64,000 nucleotides of DNA from Tateyamaria sp. GTDB lineage: Bacteria > Pseudomonadota > Alphaproteobacteria > Rhodobacterales > Rhodobacteraceae. The DNA is taken from the NCBI RefSeq assembly GCF_039945315.1, contig NZ_JBDUXB010000049.1, positions 21,891 to 85,890 on the forward strand, read 5' to 3'. Position 1 is the first letter of the stretch. Each line of letters opens with the position of its first letter. Shown in pieces: positions 1 to 10,467 of this stretch. Position numbers and translations under genes: made by a program. Below the pieces are notes generated by a model. The model did no database searches. It was given only the letters and a program-made list of their open reading frames with translations, and was not told the DNA's origin.

Positions 1-585
1 CGCTGTTTCCACCGCAGAGCTCAGGTCGACTTGCCGCGCACCGGTCACCCGCACCGCTTCGGCCACGTTGTCTTGCGTCAACCCGCCAGCGAGCATCCAA
101 GGCACAGGCCAACGACGCCCAGCAATAAGCGTCCAGTCAAAGGTGGCACCATTCCCACCCGGCAAATCCGCACCTTTCGGTGCTTTGGTGTCGACAAGCA
201 GTTGATCCGCAACAGCACCGTAAGAATCGAGCGCCGCAATATCGCTTGCGTCACCCACGCCCACGGCTTTCATCACCGGCAGGCCGTAACGCGCCTTGAT
301 ATCGGCCACGCGCTCAGGGCTTTCAGAGCCGTGCAATTGCAACATGTCCAGTGGGACAGTCGCCGTCAGGTTATCCAGAAAGGCATTATCAGCGTTCACC
401 ACCAACGCAACCTTGGCCACACCCGGTGGCACCTCAAGCGCTAGGGTGCGCGCTTGCTCAAGGCTCACATTGCGGGGGGACTTGGGGAAAAACACGAAAC
501 CGATGTATTTCGCGCCCGCCTCGACAGCAGCGGCCACGTGCTCGGCCTGGCTGAGGCCGCAAATTTTCACAGACAGGTCGGACAT
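1..585 (-). CDS. trpF: N-(5'-phosphoribosyl)anthranilate isomerase, C-terminus cut by window edge
   Basis: Not in the ORF track because there is no stop in the window. Reverse-strand translation from ATG 585-583 gives [40 protein letters not shown]...[13 protein letters not shown]...GGNGATFDW...MLAGGL. This is the TrpF motif pattern. The frame stays open to position 1. Confidence 0.85.
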   Translation of the reverse strand, partial: MSDLSVKICGLSQAEHVAAAVEAGAKYIGFVFFPKSPRNVSLEQARTLALEVPPGVAKVALVVNADNAFLDNLTATVPLDMLQLHGSESPERVADIKARYGLPVMKAVGVGDASDIAALDSYGAVADQLLVDTKAPKGADLPGGNGATFDWTLIAGRRWPVPWMLAGGLTQDNVAEAVRVTGARQVDLSSAVETA

Positions 586-595
586 ACGACGCGGT

Positions 596-946
596 TTAGC
601 TTGCCTCGTCGAGCAGGGCCAGCACTTCGTCTTTGCCCTCGTGCTTTTCGTTCTTGAGGCGCTTCACCTCGCGCTCAAGCCGCCGCACTTCACGCGCATT
701 GCGCGCGTTTTCCGCGCGCACGGTATACTCGCGCATCCATTCCCAGACAAAGCCGACCAGCAATCCAATCAGAACGCCGCCAAAAATTACAATGAACAAA
801 GGAAGTTGAACGGTAGGCGTAACAGCAAAAAGGCCCGCAATTTCATCCGGCAACATGTGGAGGGTGACCATATTGCGATTAGCCAAAGCCACGGCAATCA
901 GTGCAATGCCAAAAACCGCGATGCACGCATAACGAACGTAGTGCAT
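596..946 (-). CDS. LapA/DUF1049-like small inner-membrane protein
   Basis: 116 aa with two hydrophobic helices followed by a charged coiled tail ([17 protein letters not shown]). It sits immediately downstream of ihfB, as is typical in alphaproteobacteria. Confidence 0.7.
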   Translation of the reverse strand: MHYVRYACIAVFGIALIAVALANRNMVTLHMLPDEIAGLFAVTPTVQLPLFIVIFGGVLIGLLVGFVWEWMREYTVRAENARNAREVRRLEREVKRLKNEKHEGKDEVLALLDEAS

Positions 947-1230
947 CAGGCCTTCCCGTTAAGTCGATCACGCAGCAGTTTGCCCGTCTTGAAAAACGGA
1001 ACGTGCTTTTCTTCGACATCAACGGTCGCGCCGGTGCGCGGGTTGCGCCCTACGCGCGCATCACGCTTTTTGACGGAGAACGCGCCAAAGCCGCGTAGTT
1101 CGACCCTGTCGCCCCGCGCCATGGCGTCTGTCACTTCGTCAAAGATGGTATTCACAATGCGTTCGACATCACGCTGATAGAGGTGCGGGTTTTCGTCTGC
1201 GATTTTTTGGATCAGCTCGGACCGGATCAT
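946..1230 (-). CDS. ihfB: integration host factor subunit beta
   Basis: [70 protein letters not shown] is a classic HU/IHF fold sequence. I chose the start at MIRSEL; the track ORF begins 5 codons earlier. Confidence 0.9.
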   Translation of the reverse strand: MIRSELIQKIADENPHLYQRDVERIVNTIFDEVTDAMARGDRVELRGFGAFSVKKRDARVGRNPRTGATVDVEEKHVPFFKTGKLLRDRLNGKA

Positions 1231-1475
1231 GGCATTCCCCCTCAAAACGATGCGACGTTTTGTTACAGATTTCTCGAGCGACTATAGGAACAATTTTGCG
1301 GCCCGTGAATAGCAAGGCGTTGGTTTAGGCGGATTTTTAGGCTGCGAAATGCCGTCATTCTGCTACGCTGCCCATGAAATCACCCGCCCGTAGCGTTCGG
1401 ATTGCCCCAGCCTCGTTTGTTTCTTCCTGTGGGTCGCGTGTTGATTCGGGCGCTGGTTGAGCCTGTTTGAAACGT

Positions 1476-1505
1476 AAAAGGGGGGCCGTGAAGCCCCCCT
1501 TTTTC
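1476..1505 (-). terminator. rho-independent terminator downstream of rpsA
   Basis: Stem GGGGGGC (1480-1486), 6-nt loop, GCCCCCC (1493-1499). It is flanked by an A-run and a T-run, so it gives a U-tail on either strand. It lies about 35 nt after the rpsA stop. Confidence 0.8.
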
Positions 1506-1536
1506 GAATGTTCTGGCAAGGCCCGCAGGCCCGTCC

Positions 1537-3213
1537 TTACTCGTCGGTTTTCAATGCCGCGCCAAGGATATCGCCCAAGCTCGCACCGGAGTCAGAAGAG
1601 CCATACTGTTCGACGGCCTCTTTCTCTTCTGCAATCTCGCGCGCCTTGATGGACACACCCAGACGACGGGTCTTGCTGTCGATGTTGGTGATGCGCACAT
1701 CCACCTTGTCACCGACCGAGAACCGCTCGGGGCGCTGTTCGGCGCGATCACGGCTGAGGTCAGAGCGGCGGATGAAGGACTTCATGCCTTCGTATTCCAC
1801 TTCGACACCGCCATCTTCGATCGCCGTTACTTCGACAGTCACGATCGAACCGCGCTTCACGCCGCCAACCGCTTCTGCGAACTTGTCACCACCGACACCT
1901 TTGATCGAGAGCGAGATGCGCTCTTTCTCAACGTCGACTTCAGACACAACCGCGCCGACCATGTCGCCCTTGCGGTAGTCCTGAATGGCTTCTTCGCCAC
2001 GCTGGTCCCAAGAGAGGTCGGACAGGTGTACCATGCCGTCGATGTCGCCAGGCAGACCAACGAACAGACCGAATTCGGTGATGTTCTTGACTTCGCCTTC
2101 GACTTCGGTGCCCTCGGGGTGCGTTTCTGCAAACACTTCCCATGGATTACGCTGAGTCTGTTTCAGGCCCAGAGACACGCGGCGCTTGGCACCGTCGATT
2201 TCCAGAACCATGACTTCGACTTCTTGGCTGGTCGACACGATTTTACCCGGATGGACGTTCTTCTTGGTCCAGGACATTTCAGAAACGTGCACGAGGCCTT
2301 CGACACCGGGCTCGAGTTCAACAAAGGCACCGTAATCCGTGATGTTGGTCACGCGGCCTGTGTGGTTGGATTCCAGCGGGTATTTCGCGGCCACCAGATC
2401 CCATGGATCTTCTTGCAGCTGTTTCATACCAAGCGAGATGCGGTGCGTCTCTTTGTTGATCTTGATGACCTGCACCTTGATCGTTTCGCCAATCGTCAGG
2501 ATTTCCGACGGGTGGTTCACACGACGCCATGCCATGTCGGTCACGTGCAACAGACCGTCTACACCGCCAAGGTCCACGAACGCACCGTATTCAGTGATGT
2601 TCTTGACCACGCCGTCGACTGTCTGACCTTCAGTCAGGTTACCGATAACTTCGGCGCGCTGTTCGGCGCGGGATTCTTCAAGGATGGCACGACGTGAGAC
2701 AACGATGTTGCCACGACGACGGTCCATTTTCAGAATCTGGAACGGCTGCTTGAGACCCATCAGTGGCCCTGCATCCCGCACGGGGCGCACATCAACCTGA
2801 GAACCGGGCAGGAAGGCCACGGCGCCGCCGAGGTCAACCGTGAAGCCACCTTTGACACGGCCAAAGATCGCGCCTTCGACGCGTGCTTCGCCAGCGTAGG
2901 CGGTTTCGAGACGATCCCAAGCTTCTTCACGGCGTGCCATCTCGCGAGAGATAACCGCTTCGCCCTTGGCGTTTTCGGCCGAGCGCAGGAAGACTTCCAC
3001 TTCATCGCCAACTGCGATTTCAGGGGCTTCACCGGGGTTTGCGAATTCTTTGAGCTCGACGCGGCCTTCCATCTTGTAGCCTACGTCGATGATGGCTTGA
3101 CCCGCTTCGATCGCGAGTACTTTGCCTTTGACGACAGACCCTTCTTCGGGTGTGTCCATTTCGAAGCTTTCTTCAAGGAGGGCTTCGAATTCCTCCATCA
3201 TTTTATCAGCCAT
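1537..3213 (-). CDS. rpsA: 30S ribosomal protein S1
   Basis: 558 aa with six repeated S1 domains (repeated G.V..I...GAFVDLGG..GL.H.S motifs). Confidence 0.97.
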   Translation of the reverse strand: MADKMMEEFEALLEESFEMDTPEEGSVVKGKVLAIEAGQAIIDVGYKMEGRVELKEFANPGEAPEIAVGDEVEVFLRSAENAKGEAVISREMARREEAWDRLETAYAGEARVEGAIFGRVKGGFTVDLGGAVAFLPGSQVDVRPVRDAGPLMGLKQPFQILKMDRRRGNIVVSRRAILEESRAEQRAEVIGNLTEGQTVDGVVKNITEYGAFVDLGGVDGLLHVTDMAWRRVNHPSEILTIGETIKVQVIKINKETHRISLGMKQLQEDPWDLVAAKYPLESNHTGRVTNITDYGAFVELEPGVEGLVHVSEMSWTKKNVHPGKIVSTSQEVEVMVLEIDGAKRRVSLGLKQTQRNPWEVFAETHPEGTEVEGEVKNITEFGLFVGLPGDIDGMVHLSDLSWDQRGEEAIQDYRKGDMVGAVVSEVDVEKERISLSIKGVGGDKFAEAVGGVKRGSIVTVEVTAIEDGGVEVEYEGMKSFIRRSDLSRDRAEQRPERFSVGDKVDVRITNIDSKTRRLGVSIKAREIAEEKEAVEQYGSSDSGASLGDILGAALKTDE

Positions 3214-3302
3214 GTGGCGTCGGTTTCCTAACTATTTCTGTTTTTCACGGGCCGTGCGGTTGTCTCCGCCGGTCTTGATCGGGTTCATTGGTCAGATGCA
3301 TC

Positions 3303-3337
3303 AGCAAAACAAAGAGGGCCGGAATAGTCCGACCCTG
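3303..3337 (-). terminator. candidate rho-independent terminator for the 3474-4037 gene, inside the rpsA upstream region
   Basis: Minus-strand RNA reads AGGGUCGG-ACUAUU-CCGGCCCU (8 bp including one G-U) followed by CUUUGUUUUGCUG. The wobble pair forms only on the minus strand. Confidence 0.5.
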
Positions 3338-3473
3338 CTCTTCTCGATGTCTTGCGTGGTGTTTACACCTTGGCGACGAGCGCGCGTATAGCGTCAGTTG
3401 CGGCTCAGGGCAATAGGCGTGATGCAAAGCTCTCCGAACCGCAAATACTCCAGAGTGCTCGCCTTGGCGGGTA

Positions 3474-4037
3474 TCAGATCTCCTCACCCAGTTCCTGCAA
3501 CTCTTTCAAAAGTTCCTGATAGATCCCGTTGCTGTCTCCGCCCCCATAACTGAGCGCCCCGCCGGAATAGGTTTGCCCGTAGGTGCGCGCCACGTTGATA
3601 GTCTGGACAAACGCCGACAACAGCTGGTCCTTTTCGAGTGGACTAAGGGGGTGAATAAACACCCCCCACAAACGCCCCTGCGCCACCGCATATCGAGCAT
3701 CAAGCGCGGTGTCGAAATTTGCCTGCATCAGACGCATCAGTTCATCCGTTGCCAAACCCTCAGCAGACCGGATCGGGACCATAGCGCGCATACGGTCAGC
3801 GATCGGGTCTGCAACGACAAACAATGGAATGTCGTCAATCACGAACTGGATGGCATTGCCTGCAGCCTGCGCTTCAGGGTCAATCGCACGGATAATCTCA
3901 GCCATCCTTACCATCGTCATCGGTGGTTCGGTCGTCGGTGGGGACTGAGGGGCCTCGCCGTCTTGCGCAAACGCGAAGGATGCACAGACGAAAAGGGCAG
4001 AGAGCAAAACAATCAGGCGAAGCAAGCGCAGTGGCAT
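3474..4037 (-). CDS. hypothetical secreted protein
   Basis: Signal peptide MPLRLLRLIVLLSALFVCASFAFAQDG followed by a soluble domain. A CesT/YbjN-like chaperone fold is only an impression. Start set at the Met that precedes the signal peptide. Confidence 0.6.
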   Translation of the reverse strand: MPLRLLRLIVLLSALFVCASFAFAQDGEAPQSPPTTEPPMTMVRMAEIIRAIDPEAQAAGNAIQFVIDDIPLFVVADPIADRMRAMVPIRSAEGLATDELMRLMQANFDTALDARYAVAQGRLWGVFIHPLSPLEKDQLLSAFVQTINVARTYGQTYSGGALSYGGGDSNGIYQELLKELQELGEEI

Positions 4038-4107
4038 AGGGCGAAACCTTTCGTATGATGACGAAAGGCTAGGCCGACTGCGCATCAAAAGCCACGCACC
4101 GTTTGGT

Positions 4108-4143
4108 GATCGAAAAGAGGTAAGGCGCAGGTATTCTGCGCCC
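4108..4143 (-). terminator. rho-independent terminator downstream of metK
   Basis: Stem GGCGCAG (4123-4129) pairs with CTGCGCC (4135-4141) around a 5-nt loop. On the minus strand it is followed by UUACCUCUUUUCG. Confidence 0.65.
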
Positions 4144-4152
4144 CGCCTGATG

Positions 4153-5334
4153 TCAGAGTGCTGATTTCAACGCATCCACAAGATCAGTGCGTTCCCAGCT
4201 GAACCCACCATCCGCATCCGGAGCACGGCCGAAGTGGCCATAAGCGGCAGTGCGCTGATAGACAGGGCGGTTCAGTGACAGATGTTCACGAATGCCGCGA
4301 GGCGTAAGATCCATGACCTTTGCCACAGCCGCCTCAATCGCGGCATTGTCCACGCCGTTCGCGCCCACAGTGTCGCAATAGATCGACAGAGGTTTAGACA
4401 CCCCAATGGCATAGCTCAGCTGGATCGTACATTTGTCAGCCAAGCCCGCCGCAACCACATTCTTAGCCAGATAGCGCGCTGCATAGGCCGCCGAGCGGTC
4501 TACCTTGGTCGGATCTTTTCCGGAAAATGCACCACCACCGTGAGGGGCCGCGCCACCGTAGGTGTCCACGATGATCTTGCGTCCTGTCAGCCCGGCATCT
4601 CCATCAGGACCACCAATGACAAATTTTCCCGTTGGATTCACGTGCCATTCGGTTTCATCGGTCAACCAGCCGTCAGGGAGGACTTCGGCAATGTAGGGTG
4701 CCACGATATTTCGGATGTCTTCGCTGGACAGGTCTTCTACGAGGTGCTGGGTCGACAGCACAAGCGAGGACACGCCCACCGGTTTGCCGTCGCGATAAAT
4801 CACAGACAGTTGTGATTTGGCGTCCGGGCCAAGAGCGGGTTCGGTCCCGTCTTTGCGCACTTCTGCCAGACGGCGCAGGATCGCGTGGGCATAGTGGATT
4901 GGTGCTGGCATCAACTCTGGCGTTTCATTGGTGGCAAAGCCGAACATGATGCCCTGATCTCCGGCACCCTCGTCCTTGTTGCCGGACGCGTCGACACCTT
5001 GAGCGATGTGCGCAGATTGCTCATGCAAAAGGTTGGTGATCTCGCAGGTATTCCAGTGGAATTTGTCCTGCTCGTATCCAATATCCTTGATGCAGGCCCG
5101 GGCAATCTCGTCGATCTTGCCCATGTAATCTGTCAGTTTGTCCTGATCGCTTAGGCCGACTTCGCCCCCGATGACAACACGATCTGTCGTCGCAAAGGTT
5201 TCGCAGGCTACACGCGCCTCTGGCTCTTCGGACAAAAAGGCGTCGAGGACGGCGTCCGAAATACGATCGCAGACCTTATCAGGGTGACCCTCGGACACGG
5301 ATTCCGAGGTAAAGGTATAGTTTTGACGGGACAT
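4153..5334 (-). CDS. metK: S-adenosylmethionine synthetase
   Basis: 393 aa with [19 protein letters not shown] and [19 protein letters not shown] signatures. Confidence 0.97.
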   Translation of the reverse strand: MSRQNYTFTSESVSEGHPDKVCDRISDAVLDAFLSEEPEARVACETFATTDRVVIGGEVGLSDQDKLTDYMGKIDEIARACIKDIGYEQDKFHWNTCEITNLLHEQSAHIAQGVDASGNKDEGAGDQGIMFGFATNETPELMPAPIHYAHAILRRLAEVRKDGTEPALGPDAKSQLSVIYRDGKPVGVSSLVLSTQHLVEDLSSEDIRNIVAPYIAEVLPDGWLTDETEWHVNPTGKFVIGGPDGDAGLTGRKIIVDTYGGAAPHGGGAFSGKDPTKVDRSAAYAARYLAKNVVAAGLADKCTIQLSYAIGVSKPLSIYCDTVGANGVDNAAIEAAVAKVMDLTPRGIREHLSLNRPVYQRTAAYGHFGRAPDADGGFSWERTDLVDALKSAL

Positions 5335-5336
5335 AA

Positions 5337-5386
5337 GCGCTCCATTTTAAAGTCCATACACCACGTCAGGAAGCCGTTGTAGTGCG
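5337..5386 (-). promoter_or_regulatory. SAM/SAH-type riboswitch candidate in the metK leader
   Basis: The leader RNA is GCACUACAACGGCUUCCUGACGUGGUGUAUGGACUUUAAAAUGGAGCGCUU-AUG. A CACUAC/GUGGUG helix encloses the loop AACGGCUUCCUGAC, and the loop GCUUCC can pair with the GGAGC Shine-Dalgarno sequence to form an H-type pseudoknot. This matches my recollection of the Rhodobacterales-restricted SAM/SAH motif found upstream of metK. Confidence 0.65.
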
Positions 5387-5397
5387 TAGCGGGCGGC

Positions 5398-6915
5398 TTA
5401 CGCCCCACTCTGGTCTGCGTCAATGGATATCGGGCGGGCGGTAAACAAACGCCGCAACACCATGGCCAAAAGGCCAGACAACAGGACAAGCGCCCAAGGA
5501 AGATCGCCAGTGCGCGCATATAAAGTCAGCGCGCCTGGCGCAGGCAAGGGTGCATCAATGAAGCCCGCTTGGTTCAAACCAATTGACGAAATCACCCGGC
5601 CCTGCGGATCGATCATCGCGGATATCCCTGTGTTGGCGGCACGGACCATCGGTAACCCTTGTTCGATTGCGCGCATCCGGGCTTGGGCAAGATGCTGCTG
5701 CGGGCCTGAACGTGACCCGAACCAAGCATCATTGGTCAGTTGCATCAAAAAGGCAGGTCGATTCAGGGCGCGCCCGACATCGTGCGCAAAAACGGCTTCG
5801 TAGCAAATGAGTGGCAAAGCCGTGCCAATATCTCCGAAATCCAGCAAACGCGGTCCCGGCCCGGCGGCATACCCGCCCTCGGCCCTTTGGGCGAGACCGC
5901 CGACATTGATGTGGCGAAACAACCATTCCGCCGGCATGTATTCTCCGAACGGAACGAGATGGTGTTTATCATAGGTCTGCGTGACCTGCCCGCCCTCATT
6001 CAGCACGACAAGGCTGTTGAAATAGTCACTCTTTTCACGCCGCTGAATGCCCAGAACGACCGGCGTGCCGCGGGCCGCATCGGCGATCACGTCAAAGACA
6101 ACCTGCGCATTTTCGGCCAGATAGGGCAGCGCCGTTTCAGGCCAAACAATCAGGTCCGGTGCACCGGGGCTCGCAGTGTATTCGATCTGGCGGTTCACAA
6201 AAACGGAGATTTTTTCAGGGTCCCACTTTTCGTCCTGCGGGGCATTTGGTTGGACCAAACGAACGGTGTGATCGGTCATTGGAACATCGCGCGCAGAGAT
6301 CGGGACCAGGCCAAGGGCTGCGATCAAAACAGATGGAAAACCCCACAGCAGCCAGTTCTTTGGCACCGAATTTGCCGCGGTGACGCCACCGCACACCAAC
6401 AACGTCAGACCATGTGGTCCAAGCCACGCAAGCCCCTGCCCGGCCCAGACATCCACAAACGCCTGAACTGGCGTCGCCCAAGGAAAACCGGTGAAGACGT
6501 AAGCGCGCAGCATCTCAACCCCCGCCCAAGTCACAGCAAGCATCCACGCCCGCCCGCCAGTCCAATGCGCGATTCCAAGTGCAAGCGCCCAGAAACTGCC
6601 CAGCAGCAGAGCAAGCAGTACGAGCGCGAACGGGGCCATCCAGCCGGTTGTGGCAGCATCCACCTGAAAAGGTTCAGTGATCCAAGTGAGCGTGAGCACG
6701 AAGTAGCCTGTGCCCAGCGCCCAGCCGTTCCAAAGCGCCGTGCGCCAATTGGGCGAGCGGTGCAACAGAACAAAACCGGTTGCGAGGGGAACAAAAATCG
6801 CTGCCGCAAAAGCGTGCGGGTCGTGGGCCAACGCCCCGATCCCGCCCGAAGCAAAGGCCAACACCACCAGCGCCCAACGTGGAAGGGCCGCAAGGCGGGC
6901 CGTCATTTGGATCAT
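5398..6915 (-). CDS. lnt: apolipoprotein N-acyltransferase
   Basis: 505 aa. The N-terminal half is polytopic membrane; the C-terminal half is a CN-hydrolase domain (LIVWPE, LICYE). It sits in the conserved ybeZYX-lnt position. Confidence 0.9.
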   Translation of the reverse strand: MIQMTARLAALPRWALVVLAFASGGIGALAHDPHAFAAAIFVPLATGFVLLHRSPNWRTALWNGWALGTGYFVLTLTWITEPFQVDAATTGWMAPFALVLLALLLGSFWALALGIAHWTGGRAWMLAVTWAGVEMLRAYVFTGFPWATPVQAFVDVWAGQGLAWLGPHGLTLLVCGGVTAANSVPKNWLLWGFPSVLIAALGLVPISARDVPMTDHTVRLVQPNAPQDEKWDPEKISVFVNRQIEYTASPGAPDLIVWPETALPYLAENAQVVFDVIADAARGTPVVLGIQRREKSDYFNSLVVLNEGGQVTQTYDKHHLVPFGEYMPAEWLFRHINVGGLAQRAEGGYAAGPGPRLLDFGDIGTALPLICYEAVFAHDVGRALNRPAFLMQLTNDAWFGSRSGPQQHLAQARMRAIEQGLPMVRAANTGISAMIDPQGRVISSIGLNQAGFIDAPLPAPGALTLYARTGDLPWALVLLSGLLAMVLRRLFTARPISIDADQSGA

Positions 6916-7820
6916 TCGGCGGCGTCCCGCCCAGTCAAGCGCACACGGAGCCGCTTGATTCGGCGCGGATCGGCATCGATCACTTCGAACTCCGGGCCAT
7001 CCGGATGCTGAACGACTTCGCCGCGGCCCGGAACCCGCCCCGCAAGCATAAAGACAAGCCCGCCGAGTGTTTCGATATCTTCCTCATCCACGTCATCGTG
7101 GGTGGTAAGTGAAATACCAACCTCTTCTTCAAACTCATCCAACGGCGTCTTGGCAAGAGCCAAATAACACCCTGTCTTTTCGCGGGTGAACATGACGTCT
7201 TCGTCGATGTCGTGCTCATCCTCGATCTCGCCAATAACCTGTTCGATCAGGTCCTCGATGGTGACCAAACCATCTACACCGCCGTATTCGTCGATCACCA
7301 ACGCCATGTGACGACGCTCGGTCTGCATTTTGGTCAGCAGCACACCAATACTCATGGACGGGGGCACAAAAAGCAGCGGGCGCAGACCTGCGCGCAGATC
7401 AAATTCCGTGCCACCGCCGTTGAACCCATAATTAAGCGCGATATCTTTGAGATGTGCAAAGCCGATCGGGGTATCGATCGTTCCCTCAAACACCGGCAAC
7501 CGTGTCAGTCCGCTTTCCTTGAACACGCTGACCAGTTCATCAAGCCCAACAGTGTCTGGTACAGCCGTAATATCAGCCATCGGAACGGCCACATCCTCAA
7601 CCCGCATCCGACGCAGATTTATCATACCATGCTCTTGCGGGCGCGGCACGTCTGGCGCGTCTTCCAAGCCATTTGTTTCTGAAGGGGTGAGTGCGCCAAT
7701 CACACGCGCAAAAAAACCACCAGCCTGTACGGGTTCGTTGGTGTCGTTGTCTGACTGCGCGCGCTGCGCTGCGCCAGACGATCCGTCGTTTTCGCCCATT
7801 GGCTCCTGTCCAGTTTTCAT
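6912..7820 (-). CDS. corC: CBS-pair/CorC-HlyC domain protein (TlyC/CorC family)
   Basis: 302 aa with a CBS pair and a C-terminal transporter-associated domain. ATGA overlap with lnt. Confidence 0.85.
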   Translation of the reverse strand: MKTGQEPMGENDGSSGAAQRAQSDNDTNEPVQAGGFFARVIGALTPSETNGLEDAPDVPRPQEHGMINLRRMRVEDVAVPMADITAVPDTVGLDELVSVFKESGLTRLPVFEGTIDTPIGFAHLKDIALNYGFNGGGTEFDLRAGLRPLLFVPPSMSIGVLLTKMQTERRHMALVIDEYGGVDGLVTIEDLIEQVIGEIEDEHDIDEDVMFTREKTGCYLALAKTPLDEFEEEVGISLTTHDDVDEEDIETLGGLVFMLAGRVPGRGEVVQHPDGPEFEVIDADPRRIKRLRVRLTGRDAAE

Positions 7821-7852
7821 GCCCCCCAGATTCGGAGGGGCGTCGATGCCTC

Positions 7853-8395
7853 CTAATATGGGTCAGTGACCCCCAAATTGCCAAGTATTTCGACCTCAAG
7901 TGCTTCCATCCGCGTGGCGTCAAGGTCACGGATATGGTCGTAGCCCAGCAAATGTAGCGTTCCGTGAACGATCAAATGAGTGACATGGTCAACCATGGGC
8001 TTGTCCTGTTCGACCGCTTCGCGGGCACAGGTGTCATAGGCGATGGCAATGTCGCCGAGGCTGATTGTGCCGTCTGGATCGGGTGTCGGGGCATCCGGTT
8101 CTGCGCCTTCTTTCTCGGGATTGAGATCGGTCTCGGGCCAACTGAGTACGTTTGTCGCGGTTGTTTTGGTGCGAAATTCGGCATTCAGTTTTGTGATACG
8201 CGCATCATCGCAGGCCAACACGGACACTTCTGCCGGCCGGCGGACAAGCTCATCCAGAACATAGATGATGGTGCGTGCAGCCAATTGACCAAAGTCCAGC
8301 GCTTGCCAGCGGTCATCTTCGATCAGGATGTCGATGTCATGTTGCAGGTGTTTGCTCACCGGGGACCAGGCCCCGGACCCCCGAGATTTTTCCAA
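7853..8395 (-). CDS. ybeY: rRNA maturation endoribonuclease YbeY
   Basis: Contains the [15 protein letters not shown] zinc motif. The track start at 8395 is TTG. An internal GTG at 8359 is an alternative start. Confidence 0.9.
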   Translation of the reverse strand: MEKSRGSGAWSPVSKHLQHDIDILIEDDRWQALDFGQLAARTIIYVLDELVRRPAEVSVLACDDARITKLNAEFRTKTTATNVLSWPETDLNPEKEGAEPDAPTPDPDGTISLGDIAIAYDTCAREAVEQDKPMVDHVTHLIVHGTLHLLGYDHIRDLDATRMEALEVEILGNLGVTDPY

Positions 8396-8406
8396 AACAG
8401 AGAAGG

Positions 8407-9423
8407 TCAGGACGCCTCTGTATCCGCCTCATATGCCTCGATAATCGCCGCGACCAGCGGGTGACGCACCACGTCCTTGGACGTGAAGTAGTTAAAGCTG
8501 ATTTTTGGCACAGATTTCAGTAACCGTTCGGCATCCCACAAGCCCGAGGGCACGCCGCGCGGCAGGTCGATCTGGGTGCGGTCGCCGGTGATCACCATGC
8601 GCGACCCTTCGCCAAGGCGCGTCAGGAACATCTTCATCTGCATAGTGGTGGCGTTCTGCGCCTCGTCCAACACGACATAGGCATTCGACAATGTACGGCC
8701 GCGCATAAAGGCCAGCGGCGCAATCTCGATTGTCTTTTCCTCTTTCAGCTTGGCCAGTTGTTTGCCCGGGAGAAAGTCATTCAGCGCATCATAAAGAGGC
8801 TGCATGTACGGGTCGACCTTTTCCTCTTGCGTACCGGGCAGAAAGCCGAGGCGTTCGCCGGCCTCGACCGCCGGGCGGCAAAGAATGATCTTGTCGACCT
8901 CGCCAGAGATGAACATCGACACACCCACAGCCACAGCAAGATATGTTTTGCCCGTGCCTGCAGGCCCGATACCAAAGGCCAATTCATTATCAAACAACGA
9001 CTGGACATAGGCCTTTTGCGCATCCGTGCGCGGCTCAACCAATTTCTTTCGAGTCTTAATCTCGATCCGGTTGCCGACGGGCATTTCCAGTTGGTCGCCA
9101 TCGCGGGTGCCGGTGTCTTCTTCGGATCTGCCCATGCGCAATTCGCGATCGACATCCGCAGGGGCGACTTCCTTGCCCCCCTCCAGACGCAGATACAGAG
9201 CCTGAAGCACCTCTTTGGCGCGGGCCTGTGCGGCCTCTTCACCAAGTAAAACCAGCACATTTCCGCGACGGACGATCTGGACATCAAGCGCAGCTTCAAT
9301 CGCTGTGAGGTGCCCGTCATAGGGACCACACAGATCAATCAACAGTCGGTTGTCGGGAAATTCGATCTGCACCTCTGCAGGTGCAATTTTCGATGGCGAT
9401 GGGGTCAGGGCACCAATGGCCAA
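8407..9423 (-). CDS. phoH: PhoH-like ATPase
   Basis: Walker A GPAGTGKT and the PhoH C-terminal region. I prefer the TTG at 9423 because it is preceded by GAGGAGAG 4 nt upstream. The longest ORF reaches 9558 (also TTG). Confidence 0.85.
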   Translation of the reverse strand: MAIGALTPSPSKIAPAEVQIEFPDNRLLIDLCGPYDGHLTAIEAALDVQIVRRGNVLVLLGEEAAQARAKEVLQALYLRLEGGKEVAPADVDRELRMGRSEEDTGTRDGDQLEMPVGNRIEIKTRKKLVEPRTDAQKAYVQSLFDNELAFGIGPAGTGKTYLAVAVGVSMFISGEVDKIILCRPAVEAGERLGFLPGTQEEKVDPYMQPLYDALNDFLPGKQLAKLKEEKTIEIAPLAFMRGRTLSNAYVVLDEAQNATTMQMKMFLTRLGEGSRMVITGDRTQIDLPRGVPSGLWDAERLLKSVPKISFNYFTSKDVVRHPLVAAIIEAYEADTEAS

Positions 9424-9575
9424 TCCGCTCTCCTCGTCTGGCGTTCTGGGACCAGCGTGCCAAGTTCGGCGGTGACGCGCAAGCGGTGCATGCAAAAATT
9501 CGTCAATTTGAAACAATTCCGCAATTGAACCGATCAGATCTTGGGTGTCAGATCGCAATACGCCCGATCCCAGCC

Positions 9576-9725
9576 GCTCACATTATGCCGGTTTTCCCTA
9601 CGCAGTATGCTTAACGGGGCGCATTGTTGACAGTCAGCAAACAAACTAACGTGCCTATAGGGTCGACGAACGCAGGATCATTCCATCAAAAGCGAGTGTG
9701 GTTAAATATTGCTCACATTATGCCG
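9576..9725. repeat. two perfect 15-nt direct repeats GCTCACATTATGCCG
   Basis: Copies at 9576-9590 and 9711-9725, 135 nt apart, in the lower-GC spacer upstream of phoH. The minus-strand reading CGGCATAATGTGAGC contains a -10-like CATAAT. Confidence 0.6.
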
Positions 9726-10041
9726 ATAGATGAAAGCAGACTGCGTCAGCTTTCTGACCCATGGGGTGTGGTGCCAGCGTCCGGTCTGCCAAGCGGTCTG
9801 GCCAGACGCCGTATCAAAGAGGATCGAATCATGACGATTTTAGCCCTCAGCTCTGTCGCCAGTTCCTAAACAGTCTCTCGGACTAAAACCTGTTTTGCCC
9901 ATAAACCAGACAATGATACCGCCCCAGTTGCCCCAGTTGCAAAAAGCCGCTCGCTTGGGTTGAGCATGATTGCAGCCCTAAAAAAACCGCAGTACCGTCA
10001 CATTCTGTAAATTTTAAATGGTAAAAGAAGGCGTATAGACA

Positions 10042-10437
10042 ATGCGTTCATTTCTCAAAGTTCCAGGTTCGGCTCGTATATCGATCATGGCGATGATTGC
10101 GGCGCTTTTGACCGCCACGACTTTTTTGGCCGCAACACCGGCGGCCGCCGAGCGAGTTAGTGAACCCACCAAGCCCGGCACTTCAGGTAACGAGTTCATT
10201 ATCAGTTGCTTTCGCGGCCCATGGAAGGTGGTCCACTGGGACCGTCCAGCCGCAATTTTCATCGATGAACTTGTCGAGTACGGCTACACGCAAACACAAG
10301 CCCTTGCGATAGGCGAGCGCATATGCCGTGAGGAATATGGCGTCGACCGTCCTGAATGGATGGAGGCACAGCTACGCCGGATCGTCGCCGAAACACCGCC
10401 GCTTCACCCCAGTGGTAAGTTTGTTTTTAGTGACTGA
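10042..10437 (+). CDS. hypothetical small secreted protein
   Basis: 131 aa with signal peptide ...IAALLTATTFLAATPAAAERV. No motif recognised. It lies on the opposite strand, between phoH and miaB. Confidence 0.55.
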   Translation: MRSFLKVPGSARISIMAMIAALLTATTFLAATPAAAERVSEPTKPGTSGNEFIISCFRGPWKVVHWDRPAAIFIDELVEYGYTQTQALAIGERICREEYGVDRPEWMEAQLRRIVAETPPLHPSGKFVFSD

Positions 10438-10467
10438 CGATTGGTCGCTCCGGTCCGCTGGTCCGAT

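Noticed and set aside
5740-7011. 423-aa plus-strand ORF.
   Set aside because: It is antisense to lnt and corC. Its Arg/Pro/Gly-rich low-complexity translation is typical of shadow ORFs in high-GC DNA. The minus-strand genes have clear family motifs.
9624-9869. 81-aa plus-strand ORF in the phoH upstream spacer.
   Set aside because: It lies in a low-GC, non-coding-looking region. It has no SD and an implausible composition.
9921-9938. 9-bp tandem duplication GCCCCAGTT x2.
   Set aside because: It is too short to be a meaningful repeat element and is probably a slippage scar. It is mentioned only within the spacer finding.
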